A stretch of DNA of 64,000 nt, from NCBI RefSeq assembly GCF_000737315.1, contig NZ_JMCB01000022.1, forward strand, positions 157,106 to 221,105. The letters run 5' to 3'. This DNA is from Hyalangium minutum (GTDB lineage Bacteria > Myxococcota > Myxococcia > Myxococcales > Myxococcaceae). How positions within the stretch are numbered: position 1 is the first letter of the stretch; the number at the start of each line of letters is the position of its first letter. This document shows, in pieces, positions 27,948 to 39,745 of the stretch. The notes under the pieces are model-generated. The model saw only the letters and a list, made by a program, of their open reading frames with translations. It was not told where the DNA came from and did no database searches. Position numbers and translations under genes: made by a program.

Positions 27948-28568
27948 TCAGAGGTGCGTGACGTCGAAGCGGTAGTCGAAGTCGGCCGAGGTGAAGTTCT
28001 TGCATTGGGCCACGCGCATCTCTCCCTGAAGGGAGAGCACCACGCGGCCCGCGAGCCGGCCGCCCGCGTTGTGCTCCAGCTCCAGCCGGCCCTCGAGCTG
28101 CTGAGCCAGGGGCTCGCGCCGGCCCAGTGAGTAGCACACCACCGAGGCCCACGCCGTGGTCACCACCGGCGAGTGCCCAGAGCCTGCGGTAAAGGTGGCC
28201 GGAGTGGAACTGGTCGCCACCGCGACCTGCGCCTCGCCATGGATGGGCAGCGTGGCGGGCGCACTCACCGCGCTCAGCGCCGCAGGGTCCAAGTAGATGC
28301 GCAGGCAGAGGGTCTGCTCGTCATCGGCCAGCTCGGGCGTCGGATCCTTGCTGCACGTGCGGAGCACCCACGTATCCGTGCCCACCAGCTCGGTGGCGAT
28401 CTCGGCGAAGGCCTCCCCCTCCCCGCCCTCGATGTTCCCTCGGAACACAAGGTCTCCGTTGGGAGAGGTGTCCTTTTCAGAAGCGCCTGGGCTCTCCTGC
28501 CCACAGGCGGACAGGGTGAGCAGGAGGACCGCGCTACCCATGAACAGTCGAGACAGTGAAGGGCTCAT
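27948..28568 (-). CDS. Hypothetical lipoprotein
   Basis: Lipobox LSAC; no recognisable family. Confidence 0.7.
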   Translation of the reverse strand: MSPSLSRLFMGSAVLLLTLSACGQESPGASEKDTSPNGDLVFRGNIEGGEGEAFAEIATELVGTDTWVLRTCSKDPTPELADDEQTLCLRIYLDPAALSAVSAPATLPIHGEAQVAVATSSTPATFTAGSGHSPVVTTAWASVVCYSLGRREPLAQQLEGRLELEHNAGGRLAGRVVLSLQGEMRVAQCKNFTSADFDYRFDVTHL

Positions 28569-28661
28569 GCCGGCCAGGGCTGCAAGCCGGGTGCCCGGAA
28601 CTCTCCGAGGGAGGGCGCGGCGCGAACACCGGCCCCGCCTCGAATTTTCATGGGCTGCGTT

Positions 28662-30038
28662 TCAGGCTTCCAAGGGGCGCAGCGTTTCGGAGCTCAGCCG
28701 GTGGAAGCGCCACAGCAGGGCAATGGCCACGGCGATGAGGCCCGCGCACAGGCCCCACCAGATGCCGATGATGCCCTGGTTCAGCCCGAAGCCGAGCACC
28801 AGCGACAGCGGCAGACCGATGGCGTAGTGCCCCACCATGTTGGCCACGAACGTGAAGCGCGTATCTCCCGCCCCGCGCAGCACGCCCGCGCCCACGCCCT
28901 GAACGCCGTCGAACACCTGGAAGACGGCGCACACCATCAGCAAGGGCACCAGCAGGGGCACCACTTCTTCCGAGGCCCCCGCCAGCTGAGACAGCGGGCC
29001 TGGGAAGAGGGCAAACACCAACGCCGACAGGGTCATGAAGCCCGCGCCGCCCGCGAAGGCGACGAAGCCGCTCAGGCGAGCCTGGGGCGTGTTGCGAGCG
29101 CCCACCGCCCAGCCCACGCGCACGCTGCCCGCGTTGCCAATGCCCACGGCGATGGTGAAGGAGAGGCTGCCAAAGCTCAGGGCAATCTGGTGCGCGCCCA
29201 TGCTCGCCTGCCCCAGCTTGAAGGCCAGGGTGCCCGCGAGCGCAAAGACGCCGATCTCCGCCGCGAGGTGCAGGCCGATGGGCAACCCCACCCCCAGGGC
29301 CTGCCTCAGGTCCGCCCACACCGGGCGGCGCACCGGCTTCACCCCCGCTTCGCCCAGGCTGCGCAGCGCGTAGAGGATGATGCCGAGCTGGAGAAACATG
29401 CCGAGCAAGGTGGCCAGCGCCGCACCCGCTGCGCCCATGGCGGGGATGTTCCTCAGGGGCCCAAAGCCCTCGGGCAGCACGCCTCCGCCAAAGACGAGGA
29501 GGATGTCCGCGCCCAGGTTGAAGATGTTGGCGGCCACGGTGGCCACCACCAGGGGCCGGGTATGCCCGGCGGACTGCAGGTAGCCGCGCACCGTGAGGAA
29601 CGCGAGCATCGGCACCATGCTGGGCGCGCGCCAATACAGGTAGGCGCGGGTCTCGGACAGCTCCTCGCGGTTGTAGCCGAAGAAGGGCAGCACCTCGGGC
29701 ACCACCACCACCAGGGTGGCCAGCACCAGTCCGGCGAAGAGCGCCATCCACCCGCCTTGCCACAGCAGCGCGCGGGCCCGGGAGGCGTTCTTCGCTCCGA
29801 AGGCCTGAGACGACAGCGGGTCGAAACCCATCATCAGCCCCATGCCCAGGCCGCTCACGGCGAAGAAGAGGCTGTTGGCCAACCCCACCGCGGCCAGGGC
29901 CGAGGTGCCGGCACGCCCGACCACCAGGGTGTCGACCAGGCCCATGAGCGATTGGCCGCCCTGAGCGATGGCGATGGGGATGGCGAGCTTCATCAGCTCG
30001 CGGAACTCCTCGCGACGGGACTTCACGGGCGCAGACAT
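28662..30038 (-). CDS. MATE-family efflux transporter
   Basis: LAIPIAIAQ, DTLVVGR, ASMGAHQIA, GAGDTRF; about 12 TM segments. Confidence 0.93.
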   Translation of the reverse strand: MSAPVKSRREEFRELMKLAIPIAIAQGGQSLMGLVDTLVVGRAGTSALAAVGLANSLFFAVSGLGMGLMMGFDPLSSQAFGAKNASRARALLWQGGWMALFAGLVLATLVVVVPEVLPFFGYNREELSETRAYLYWRAPSMVPMLAFLTVRGYLQSAGHTRPLVVATVAANIFNLGADILLVFGGGVLPEGFGPLRNIPAMGAAGAALATLLGMFLQLGIILYALRSLGEAGVKPVRRPVWADLRQALGVGLPIGLHLAAEIGVFALAGTLAFKLGQASMGAHQIALSFGSLSFTIAVGIGNAGSVRVGWAVGARNTPQARLSGFVAFAGGAGFMTLSALVFALFPGPLSQLAGASEEVVPLLVPLLMVCAVFQVFDGVQGVGAGVLRGAGDTRFTFVANMVGHYAIGLPLSLVLGFGLNQGIIGIWWGLCAGLIAVAIALLWRFHRLSSETLRPLEA

Positions 30039-30082
30039 GGACACGCCGCCTATAGCAGGCTTCTCGCACCCTGCTGACCCGC

Positions 30083-30127
30083 AAAAAAAAAAGCGGTCGG
30101 CTCGCATCCCCCGAGGGAGCCGACCGC
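30083..30127 (-). terminator. Rho-independent terminator of the beta-propeller lipoprotein gene
   Basis: Perfect 11-bp stem GCGGTCGGCTC / GAGCCGACCGC next to an A10 run (U10 on the minus strand). Confidence 0.88.
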
Positions 30128-30157
30128 CAATCCCTCTGCAGAGGGGGGTGTTGCGGG

Positions 30158-32299
30158 TTACGGCGTGAAGAAGTCCGGCTGGAAGTACGACGTGGCCAAC
30201 GGCACCTGCAGGTTGTTGACGTGAGCCACGCGCACGCCCGCGTCGGTGATGGCGTAGACATAGTCATCGGCCATCACGCTGCGCCGAACGGCGGGCGTCC
30301 AGTACCACGACCAGTACCGGTTGTTGAAGGACCGATACACGTCCGTCATGGAAACAGCGCCCACTGGGGTGAAGCCCGTGGAGGCGTCCACGCGGAAGAC
30401 GCGCAGCTCGCTCCGGAAGCCGCTCCAGTAGTCAGACGCGTCGGGCAGGTAATCCGAGAACGGGATGGCGAGCAGCCCCTTGGCCGGGAAGTAGTTGAAG
30501 GCCTTGTGCTCGTACTGGGCCTCGCTCCAGCCATACGCGGTGCCGACCAGCTGGGTGAACGTCTCCCGCGGGTTGGCCAGGTCGGACACGTCGAACATGG
30601 ACAGCTTCAGGGCGCGCTGGCGCCAGTCCGTCTGGTTCTCCGGAATATGGGTGCCGATGGTGATGAGGTGGTTCTCATCCAGCGGGTGGATGTAGCTGGA
30701 GAAGCCCGGCACCTTGAGCTCGCCCACCTTGCGGGGGTGCTCCGGATCGCTCAGGTCGAAGGTGAAGAGCGGATCCACCTGCCGGAAGGTGACGACGTAG
30801 CCCTTGTTGCCCAGGAAGCGGGCGCTGTAGATGCGCTCGCCCTTGGCCAGCTCCTCGGTCTGCCCCAGCAGGTCCAGCCGCCCACCCTTCTCGCGGAAGG
30901 TGAAGAGGCGATTGGTGGTCTCCGTGCGGCCCCACGGGTTGTCGCCGTCCTTCTTGTACGTGGCGATGGTGGTGGCCACGCGCAGTACGCCCTGGTGCTC
31001 GTCCATGCTGAACTGGTTGAGCAGGTGTCCTTCCACCACGCCGCTGCCCACGTAGCGCGCGGTGCTCGGATCCTTCAGGTCGAACTTGTGCAGGTACGTG
31101 TAGTCCTTCTGGTTCTCCTCCGGCCACCACCACCAGTGGTTGCTGGCCAGGTAGAGGCTGTCCGTGGAGGCGTAGACCTCGCCGGGGTCCGTGATGAGGC
31201 TGGTGCGGCGCACGGTGGAATCGGCGACGGTGTTGTCCAGGCTCAGCGAGGCGACCGTGACGAAGCCCAGCTTCGCCGGCGCGTTGCTGCGGTAGAAGTC
31301 GCGGCAGTCGTAGCCCACCTCCACCCGAGTGCCGTCCGGCCGCTTGCGCCAGCCGCTCGGCAGCCACTGCTGGAGCGTCTGCTGGCGGATCAGCCGCTCG
31401 TTCTCCTCCATGATATCGTCCAGCGCGTCCTTCAGCCGGTCCTCGTCCTCCCAGAGCCCCTCGGAGTACTCGGGCCACCAGCGCACGGCCTGCGGGTAGC
31501 GGAACGAGTCATTGAGCATCAGCCGCACCGCACCCTCGGTCCGGCGCGCGTGGGCGTAGTTGCCCGGAATGAAGACCTCGTCCTCCACGTGCGGCGCCGA
31601 GAGGTTCGACACGTCCACCACCGTCACCTTGGTGGCGTTCGAGCCGTAGTAGCCGCACCCGCCGAACGGATCGCACGGCGCCACGTCCAGCAACCCGCCC
31701 GGCTTGCCGCCGCTGGAGCCACCCTGCCCCTGCAGCGCCACCTGGGAGAAGATGACGAGGCGGTTGTCCTTGAGGAACATCTCCCGGGGCCAGCCCTCCA
31801 AAGCCAGGCTCCCCACCGCGCTCAGCGACTCCGCGGGCCACGAGCTGTGCACGTAGAGCTTGCGGCCGGAGATGACGAAGATGCGGGTGCCGTCGTTCTT
31901 GATGAAGTCGGCCTCGTCCACCCCCGCCACCTGGTTGTTGGTGTCGGTGTAGTCATCCGGGCCGCGCGTCCCGCCCCCTGCGGCGTCTCCGCCCCCTCCG
32001 GGTGCTCCCGTGGTGGGGCTGGGGCTCATCGGAGGCATGGGGCCGCCGTTGTCTTCCATGGGCATGCCCACGCCGCCCCAGTACTTGCCGATCATGCGCT
32101 TCTGCCACGTCAGCTGGGAGCGCATGTCGAGGACGGCGGTGTCCTCGATGTAGGACTCCAGGTCCTCGCATTTGTCGAAGCTCGTGAGCTGCGCCTGCAT
32201 CTGCACCGGCTGGTTCTCCGGGATGCCGCCGCGCTCATTGCTGCAGCCGGCCGCCCCCACCAGCGCCAGCCCGAGTCCGCCATATCGGAACCACTTCAT
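30158..32299 (-). CDS. Beta-propeller domain lipoprotein (Beta_propel / secreted COG4880-like)
   Basis: Lipobox AAGC; TNNQVAGVDEADFIK, NQFSMDEH, GERIYSARF, FRQVDPLF, GELKVPGFSSYIHP. Confidence 0.88.
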   Translation of the reverse strand: MKWFRYGGLGLALVGAAGCSNERGGIPENQPVQMQAQLTSFDKCEDLESYIEDTAVLDMRSQLTWQKRMIGKYWGGVGMPMEDNGGPMPPMSPSPTTGAPGGGGDAAGGGTRGPDDYTDTNNQVAGVDEADFIKNDGTRIFVISGRKLYVHSSWPAESLSAVGSLALEGWPREMFLKDNRLVIFSQVALQGQGGSSGGKPGGLLDVAPCDPFGGCGYYGSNATKVTVVDVSNLSAPHVEDEVFIPGNYAHARRTEGAVRLMLNDSFRYPQAVRWWPEYSEGLWEDEDRLKDALDDIMEENERLIRQQTLQQWLPSGWRKRPDGTRVEVGYDCRDFYRSNAPAKLGFVTVASLSLDNTVADSTVRRTSLITDPGEVYASTDSLYLASNHWWWWPEENQKDYTYLHKFDLKDPSTARYVGSGVVEGHLLNQFSMDEHQGVLRVATTIATYKKDGDNPWGRTETTNRLFTFREKGGRLDLLGQTEELAKGERIYSARFLGNKGYVVTFRQVDPLFTFDLSDPEHPRKVGELKVPGFSSYIHPLDENHLITIGTHIPENQTDWRQRALKLSMFDVSDLANPRETFTQLVGTAYGWSEAQYEHKAFNYFPAKGLLAIPFSDYLPDASDYWSGFRSELRVFRVDASTGFTPVGAVSMTDVYRSFNNRYWSWYWTPAVRRSVMADDYVYAITDAGVRVAHVNNLQVPLATSYFQPDFFTP

Positions 32300-32431
32300 A
32301 AACTCCTCCGTGATGCTCCGGCCCACCGGGGTGGCCCCTCAGCCACCCGGTCGCGTGTCGCGGGGCTCTGCCAGCCACGTGCCAAGGGGTGCGCGGCAGG
32401 GATTTCAGGAGCTTGGAGGGAGTGTGGCCTC

Positions 32432-33607
32432 TCAGAAACTTGAGGACCTCACGGGGAGGGCGAGCGAAAAACCGAGAGCCCGGGGCACGAAGCGCTGGAG
32501 CTGCGCGGCCAGAACCGTGTCCACGCGCTCCAGGCGAAGCCCCATGCCCGTGGGGGCTTGGAAGGCGGCGCCTCGGCGCAGGGGGTTGGACCAGGCCACC
32601 ACCGCCTCCACGGCGGAGGGGATGCGCTGGCCCGCCAGCGTCACCCGCAGCGTGAGCCGGGCCCCCGCGCGGGCGGGCGTCAGCGTGCGGACGAAGAGGG
32701 CCTCGGGGCTCGCGTCCGAGCTGAACCCCGTCAGCGGAGGCCCATGGCGCGTGGTGAACTCCACCACGGAAAACAGTGGCACGCGCTCGGCGGCGCGGAT
32801 GGGTGCCACCCCCGGTGCGAGCCGCTCCAGCACGCGCGCCACCAGCGCATCCGGCGCCATCATCCGCCGCTCCAGCAGCGGCTCGTTGATGAGCGCCCGG
32901 GCCCGTGCATGCACATCCGTGGACTCCTCCACGCCTGCCACCAGCACCAGGGGCTTGCGGGGCATCAGCTTTTGCAGCCGGCTCGCCAGCGCCAGCCCAT
33001 CCTGGAAGGCGAAGGAGCGCGACACATCCACCACGAGCCCATCCAGCCGGGGGCCATGCGCCACGGCCAGCGCCTCGGCCTCCACGGCGTGCCGGGCATA
33101 GAGGACGTGGAAGCCCTCGTGCTCCAGCGCGCCTCCGAGGAACGCGCCCATGGAGCGGCTGCCCTCCACCAGCAGCACGCCCAGGCCCGGAGGAGGACCC
33201 TGCCGCGCATGCTCACGGGCCGCGCGCACCGCCAGCACCTTGGCCGTCAGCGCCTCGAACTCCACGGGCTTGGGCAGGAAGTCATCCGCCCCGGCGCGCG
33301 AGCACAGCATCACCTCGTGCGGGGCGCTGGCGCCGGTGAGCATGACGACAGGCACGCGGCCGGCGTTGGGGTGGGCCTTCAGGCGCCGGCAGGCCTCATC
33401 CCCCTGCATGCCCTCCATGCGCAGGTCCATCAGCACCATCGAGGGCACCCGACGCCCGAGCTCCGCCAGGCATGCCGCGCCGTTGTCGAACGGAATGGGC
33501 TCGCAGCCCAGCCGGGACAGGTGCTGACACACCATCTCGCGCACTGCCTCGGAGTCGTCGACGACGAAGACTTCGTCGCGCGTGTGAGCCGTCTCCAAAA
33601 TGGTCAC
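32432..33607 (-). CDS. Response regulator: receiver, degenerate receiver and PilZ-like domain
   Basis: VVDDS...LMDLRME...LPKP; second REC-like segment; RAAER (RxxxR) and C-terminal GMGLRL of myxobacterial PilZ-like domains. Confidence 0.82.
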   Translation of the reverse strand: MTILETAHTRDEVFVVDDSEAVREMVCQHLSRLGCEPIPFDNGAACLAELGRRVPSMVLMDLRMEGMQGDEACRRLKAHPNAGRVPVVMLTGASAPHEVMLCSRAGADDFLPKPVEFEALTAKVLAVRAAREHARQGPPPGLGVLLVEGSRSMGAFLGGALEHEGFHVLYARHAVEAEALAVAHGPRLDGLVVDVSRSFAFQDGLALASRLQKLMPRKPLVLVAGVEESTDVHARARALINEPLLERRMMAPDALVARVLERLAPGVAPIRAAERVPLFSVVEFTTRHGPPLTGFSSDASPEALFVRTLTPARAGARLTLRVTLAGQRIPSAVEAVVAWSNPLRRGAAFQAPTGMGLRLERVDTVLAAQLQRFVPRALGFSLALPVRSSSF

Positions 33608-33757
33608 CCCCCGTAATGGAACTCCTGGGAGGTAGCCCTGGCCGGGGGATCCGACCATGTAAGGGCCTCAGCGCTGTGCGTGGGCCGACGCCCCAAGCGT
33701 ACGAGGCGTAACAGGCCCTTCCGACTGAAGATCGCTTCCGGACAGTGATCGAGCCGC

Positions 33758-35575
33758 TCAGGACGGGCGGCCCGCGAGCACCTGTGTGAGCTGACGTGCG
33801 ATGGTGGCGCACTGCTCGGCGTTGTGGGCATGGAGCGCGGCACGGCCGGTGTCGAGCAAGCTGCGCACATTGCCCACAGCGGCGTTGGCCTCGGGGGTGG
33901 GGTTCTCCTTGGCGCTGTGCTGGAGCATGCGAGCCAGCTTCTCTCCGCGCTCCAGCAGCTTGCGGAACTTCTCCTCGGCCTGGACGGCGTCCTCCTGGCC
34001 CTGCTCCTTGGCGTAGCGGGCCTGCTCTCGGGAGAGCTTCTCCGCCTCGGGCACGGGCAGGCTGGTGCGAGCCTCCAGCCGCACCTCCTCGGCCAGCCCC
34101 GAGCGCAGGTCCACCGCGCGCACCGAGAGGATGCCCTCACTGGAGAGCGCGAACGTCACCTCGATTTGCGTGTCCGCGCGGTTCCCCGCCTTCAGGTTCT
34201 TCAGCACCACCTCGCCCAGCTTGTGGCTCTCGTTCTGGAACTCGCTCTCGCCCTGGTAGATGGGGATGCGCACCTCGGCCTGGCCACCGCGGCTGGGCAG
34301 GAAGATGTCTCGCGCCACCACCGGCACCCCGGTGTTCTTGGCGATGAGCCGCTTGATGCGGCCGCCCAGCCAGCCCACGCCCAGAGACTGGCCCGCCACA
34401 TCCAGCAGCAGCGCCTTGCCGGACTGGCGCACCAGCTCCTCGGCGTGCACGGCGGCGCCCAGGGCCACGGCCTCGTCCGGGTTGACGTCCTTGGACGGCA
34501 CGCGGCCGAAGAAGTCCTGCACCAGCCGCTGCACCAGCGGCACGCGCGTCATGCCGCCCACCAGCAGCACCACGTCCACCGCCCGTGGATCCATTTGCGC
34601 GTCGCGCATCACGCCCTCGCACACCGCGAGGCAGCGGCGCGACAGCGGCTCGGACAGCGTCTCGAAGAAGGAGCGCGTGAGGACCGTCTCGATGCCCGTC
34701 AGCCGCCGGTTCGGCGAGTTGTAGTCCCCCAGGGCCGCCACGGAGATGACGGCCTCTTCCTGCTCGGTGAGCAGGCGCTTGGCCGTCTCGGCCGCCACCT
34801 TGAGCCGGCGCATGGAGGAGGCATCCTTGGACACGGCCTCGCGCAGGTCCTCCTCCACCTGGGCCACCAGCCACTGGACGATGCGCTGGTCGAAGTCCTC
34901 ACCGCCCAGCGTCGAGTCGCCCCCGGTGGCCTTCACCTCGAAGACGCCGTCCTTCACCTCGAGGATGGACACGTCGAAGGTGCCGCCGCCCAGGTCAAAG
35001 ACGAGCGCGTTGCCCTGGAAGCCGCGCGACAGCCCGTAGGCGAGCGCCGCAGCGGTGGGCTCGTTCACCAACCGCAGCACCTCCAGTCCGGCGATGGAGG
35101 CCGCCTCGCGCGTGGCCGAGCGCTGGTTGTCATCGAAGTTGGCGGGCACGGTGATGACGCAGCGGCTGACCTTGCGCCCAAAGTGGGCCTCCGCATCCAG
35201 CTTCAGCTCGCCGAGGATCATCGCCGCCACCTGGGTGACGGGGAGGACCTTGCCGGCCACACGTACGCGCACATCGCCCGTGGGGCCCGGAATCAGCGGG
35301 AAGGGCACCATCTTCCGGGCCTCTTCCATCAGCTCGGGCGTGCAGCGCCGCCCCAGGAACCGCTTGGTGGCCCACACCACGCTGTCGGGGTGCTCCTCGG
35401 CCATGCGCTGGGCGGCCGAGCCCACCACCCGCTCGCCGTCGTCATTCAGCCCCACGACGGAGGGGGTGAGCCGCCCACCCGCCCGCACGGGGATGATGCG
35501 CGTCCGGCCGTTCTCCACGGTGGCCACGGCGCTGTTGGTAGTCCCTAGATCGATGCCAATGACGGGTTCTTGCAT
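33758..35575 (-). CDS. Hsp70/DnaK-family protein (paralogue)
   Basis: [41 protein letters not shown], linker LLLDV. Confidence 0.93.
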   Translation of the reverse strand: MQEPVIGIDLGTTNSAVATVENGRTRIIPVRAGGRLTPSVVGLNDDGERVVGSAAQRMAEEHPDSVVWATKRFLGRRCTPELMEEARKMVPFPLIPGPTGDVRVRVAGKVLPVTQVAAMILGELKLDAEAHFGRKVSRCVITVPANFDDNQRSATREAASIAGLEVLRLVNEPTAAALAYGLSRGFQGNALVFDLGGGTFDVSILEVKDGVFEVKATGGDSTLGGEDFDQRIVQWLVAQVEEDLREAVSKDASSMRRLKVAAETAKRLLTEQEEAVISVAALGDYNSPNRRLTGIETVLTRSFFETLSEPLSRRCLAVCEGVMRDAQMDPRAVDVVLLVGGMTRVPLVQRLVQDFFGRVPSKDVNPDEAVALGAAVHAEELVRQSGKALLLDVAGQSLGVGWLGGRIKRLIAKNTGVPVVARDIFLPSRGGQAEVRIPIYQGESEFQNESHKLGEVVLKNLKAGNRADTQIEVTFALSSEGILSVRAVDLRSGLAEEVRLEARTSLPVPEAEKLSREQARYAKEQGQEDAVQAEEKFRKLLERGEKLARMLQHSAKENPTPEANAAVGNVRSLLDTGRAALHAHNAEQCATIARQLTQVLAGRPS

Positions 35576-35725
35576 GGCGAGCACAGGCCTGATGCGGTTC
35601 CACCGTGTGAGGGCACCTCGACTCCGGGCCAGAGGCTACCTCCGTTTCCCGCGGTCCAGCCAGATAGCGGCCTCTCACCCCAGTCATTGCCGGACAGTGG
35701 GGGCCGTGCTAAGGGCGCCTCCGCC

Positions 35726-36271
35726 ATGGTGAACGTGTCCATCGCCCGCCGCTACGCCCGGGCCCTCCTTGACGTCGCCGCCGACGCCAACCGCATCGAC
35801 GCCGTCGCTGATCAGCTCACCGCCTTCGTGAAGGCCTACGAGTCCAACCCCGAGCTGTCGGACGTGCTGCTCAACCCCGCCTTCTCGCGCAGCCAGCGCA
35901 GCCATGTGGTGGAGGCGATGATCCAGCTGACGGGCAACATCGACCCCACCCTGGCCAACGCCCTGCGGCTGCTGGTGGACCGCAACCGCCTCGTCTACCT
36001 GCCGGACATCGCCCGCGTGTACCGCGACATGGCGGATGCCCGCTCCGGCCGCGTGCGTGGCCACGTCACCAGCGCCTCCAAGCTCGCCCCGGACGCCGTG
36101 GAGCAGCTGCGCAAGAGCCTCCAGCAGCTCACCCAGCGCGACGTCATCCTCGAGTCCCGCGAGGACCCCAGCCTCCTGGGTGGCGTGTCGGCGCAGGTGG
36201 GCAGCGTCCTCTTCGACGGCAGCGTCCGCACCCAGCTGGAGCAGATGCGCCGCGCCCTCAAGCAGCAGTAG
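35726..36271 (+). CDS. atpH: ATP synthase F1 delta subunit
   Basis: SIARRYARAL, LLVDRNRL, DPSLLGGVSAQVGSVLFDGSV. Confidence 0.93.
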   Translation: MVNVSIARRYARALLDVAADANRIDAVADQLTAFVKAYESNPELSDVLLNPAFSRSQRSHVVEAMIQLTGNIDPTLANALRLLVDRNRLVYLPDIARVYRDMADARSGRVRGHVTSASKLAPDAVEQLRKSLQQLTQRDVILESREDPSLLGGVSAQVGSVLFDGSVRTQLEQMRRALKQQ

Positions 36272-36442
36272 CCGCGGTACCCGTCGGCGCGGGGAGGAAA
36301 TTTCCCGCGCCAGCACCCTACGCGGCAGGTTCTGTTGGCCTCTGGTCAGCCCGCAAGCCCCGCATTTCCTGTACGCCGTGAGACAGGGTATACTGCGCCA
36401 CATTGTGCGGACCGAAGTCCGCGACTCTTGGCCGACCTGCTC

Positions 36443-37918
36443 ATGGCGCAGCCCGCTCTTCCGCTCAACACCCTCGGCGCACTGCCCCTGGCGGTGCCGG
36501 AAGAGGCCCGCCCATTGCTTCAAACCCTGCTCAACGCACCAGGTTGGGCGCTGGGCTTTCTGGACCGGGAGCTGCGCCTGCGCTGGGCCAATGACACGCT
36601 GGCCGAGCTGACAGCGCATCCCCCCTCGTACCAGCTCGGCCGCCCTGTGGCGGAGCTCTGGCCGGGGCTGGCGCCCGCGCTGCTGCCGCTCTGTGCGCGC
36701 GCGCTGGCTGGAGAGGCCATTCCGGGCGAGCGGGTGGCGGTGGTGTCGGACCCGTCCCCTCAGGGGGAGAAGCTCCACCTGAGGCTCACCCTGCTGCCCG
36801 CGGTCTCCGGCGGCACCCTGGCCGGGCTCACCCTGCTGCTGCAGGACGAGACGGCCCAGGTGCGGGAAGAGGAGCTGCTGCGCGAGTCCGAGTCCCGGCT
36901 GAAGGCCCTGCTGGACCTGTCTTGCGACGGGTACCTGCTGCTGACCAAGGGCACGGTGGTGGAGGCCAGCCGCGGCAGTGCCTCGCTCTTCGGGTACACC
37001 CTGGAGGGGCTCGTGGGCCAGCCGCTCAGCCGGTTTCTGGCCCCCGAGTCCCGCAAGACGGCCCAGGACTACCAAGGGTCGGAGCTGCCGTACGAGCTGA
37101 CCGTGCTGCGCCCGGGTGGCCAGCGCGTCCCCATCCAGGTGCTGGGGCGCGAAGTTCCCTTCCACGGCAAGACGGCGTTCCTGGTGGCCCTGTGGGACCT
37201 CACGGGCAAGAAGGCCGCCGAGGAGGCCGCCACGCGCGCCGAGTACCTGCGCGAGCAGCTGCTGGGCGTGGTGGGGCATGACCTGCGCACCCCGCTGAAC
37301 ACCCTGCAGCTGGGCATCTCGGTGCTCCAGATGGATGGGAAGCTGGAGGAGCGCCAGGCCCGCCAGCTCACCATCATGGGCCGCGCGTCCCGGCGCATGG
37401 AGCGGATGATCCATGACTTGCTGGACTTCACCCGGGCCCGGCTGGCGGGAGGCATCCCGGTGACTCCCGCGCCCATGGTCATGGGAGCGGTCGTCGAGCG
37501 CGTGGTGGAGGAGTACCGGCTGGCCCACCCCGAGCACCCCATCGTCCCCTCCGCCGAGGGCGACCTGGCGGGCCACTGGGATGAGGCGCGGCTGGCGCAG
37601 CTGCTGGACAACCTGCTGCAGAACGCCCTGCGGCACGGCTTCCAGGACATCCCCATTCAACTGAGCGTGAAGGGCGAGCCGTCCGGAGTGCTGTTGACGG
37701 TGCTGAACAAGGGCCCCCTGCTGCCTCCCGAGGAGCGCGAGGCCATCTTCGAGCCGTTCCGCCGGGGCAAGCGTCCGGCCGGCGAGGGCCTGGGGCTGGG
37801 GCTCTACATCGCCAAGCAGATCGCCGAGTCCCACGGAGGGCGCATCACCGTGGAGTCCAGCCTGGAGCAAGGCACCAGCTTCAAGGTCTGGCTGCCCCGG
37901 CGGCCCTCCTCCCGCTGA
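36443..37918 (+). CDS. PAS-PAS sensor histidine kinase
   Basis: Two PAS-like segments, GHDLRTPL, NLLQNALRH, GLGLGLY; TATACT -10-like box at 36389-36394. Confidence 0.9.
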   Translation: MAQPALPLNTLGALPLAVPEEARPLLQTLLNAPGWALGFLDRELRLRWANDTLAELTAHPPSYQLGRPVAELWPGLAPALLPLCARALAGEAIPGERVAVVSDPSPQGEKLHLRLTLLPAVSGGTLAGLTLLLQDETAQVREEELLRESESRLKALLDLSCDGYLLLTKGTVVEASRGSASLFGYTLEGLVGQPLSRFLAPESRKTAQDYQGSELPYELTVLRPGGQRVPIQVLGREVPFHGKTAFLVALWDLTGKKAAEEAATRAEYLREQLLGVVGHDLRTPLNTLQLGISVLQMDGKLEERQARQLTIMGRASRRMERMIHDLLDFTRARLAGGIPVTPAPMVMGAVVERVVEEYRLAHPEHPIVPSAEGDLAGHWDEARLAQLLDNLLQNALRHGFQDIPIQLSVKGEPSGVLLTVLNKGPLLPPEEREAIFEPFRRGKRPAGEGLGLGLYIAKQIAESHGGRITVESSLEQGTSFKVWLPRRPSSR

Positions 37919-38104
37919 ACCCGTCCTGAGGGCGGTTTCCGGCCGGAATGAGGTGGGGAATGGGGCGCTAACCGGGCCGATGAGCCCTCTGGAGCCCTCA
38001 GCTGACCGATCGCGTTGCGGTGCTGGGGAGCGCGTGGTAAGGGGGGCCCGCTTTGGCTTCTGGGTGGCCCTGGAGCCACCCCACTTCAGAGGACTGAAGA
38101 GTTC

Positions 38105-39652
<1,548 letters not shown>

Positions 39653-39678
39653 GCACCGAGGCTCCCGCCTGAAGCGAA

Positions 39679-39720
39679 CGAGGCCCCGCTCCCTCCCTGG
39701 GACGCGGGGCTTCGTGCTTT
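39679..39720 (+). terminator. Intrinsic terminator after atpA
   Basis: Stem CGAGGCCCCGC / GCGGGGCTTCG followed by TGCTTT. Confidence 0.65.
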
Positions 39721-39745
39721 GGGCGTCCATGCTTTGGGGAGCGGG

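Noticed and set aside
38084-38099. Hairpin CTTCAG-AGGA-CTGAAG around the atpA RBS
   Set aside because: The 6-bp stem leaves the SD in the loop; it is too short and common to call a regulatory element without data.
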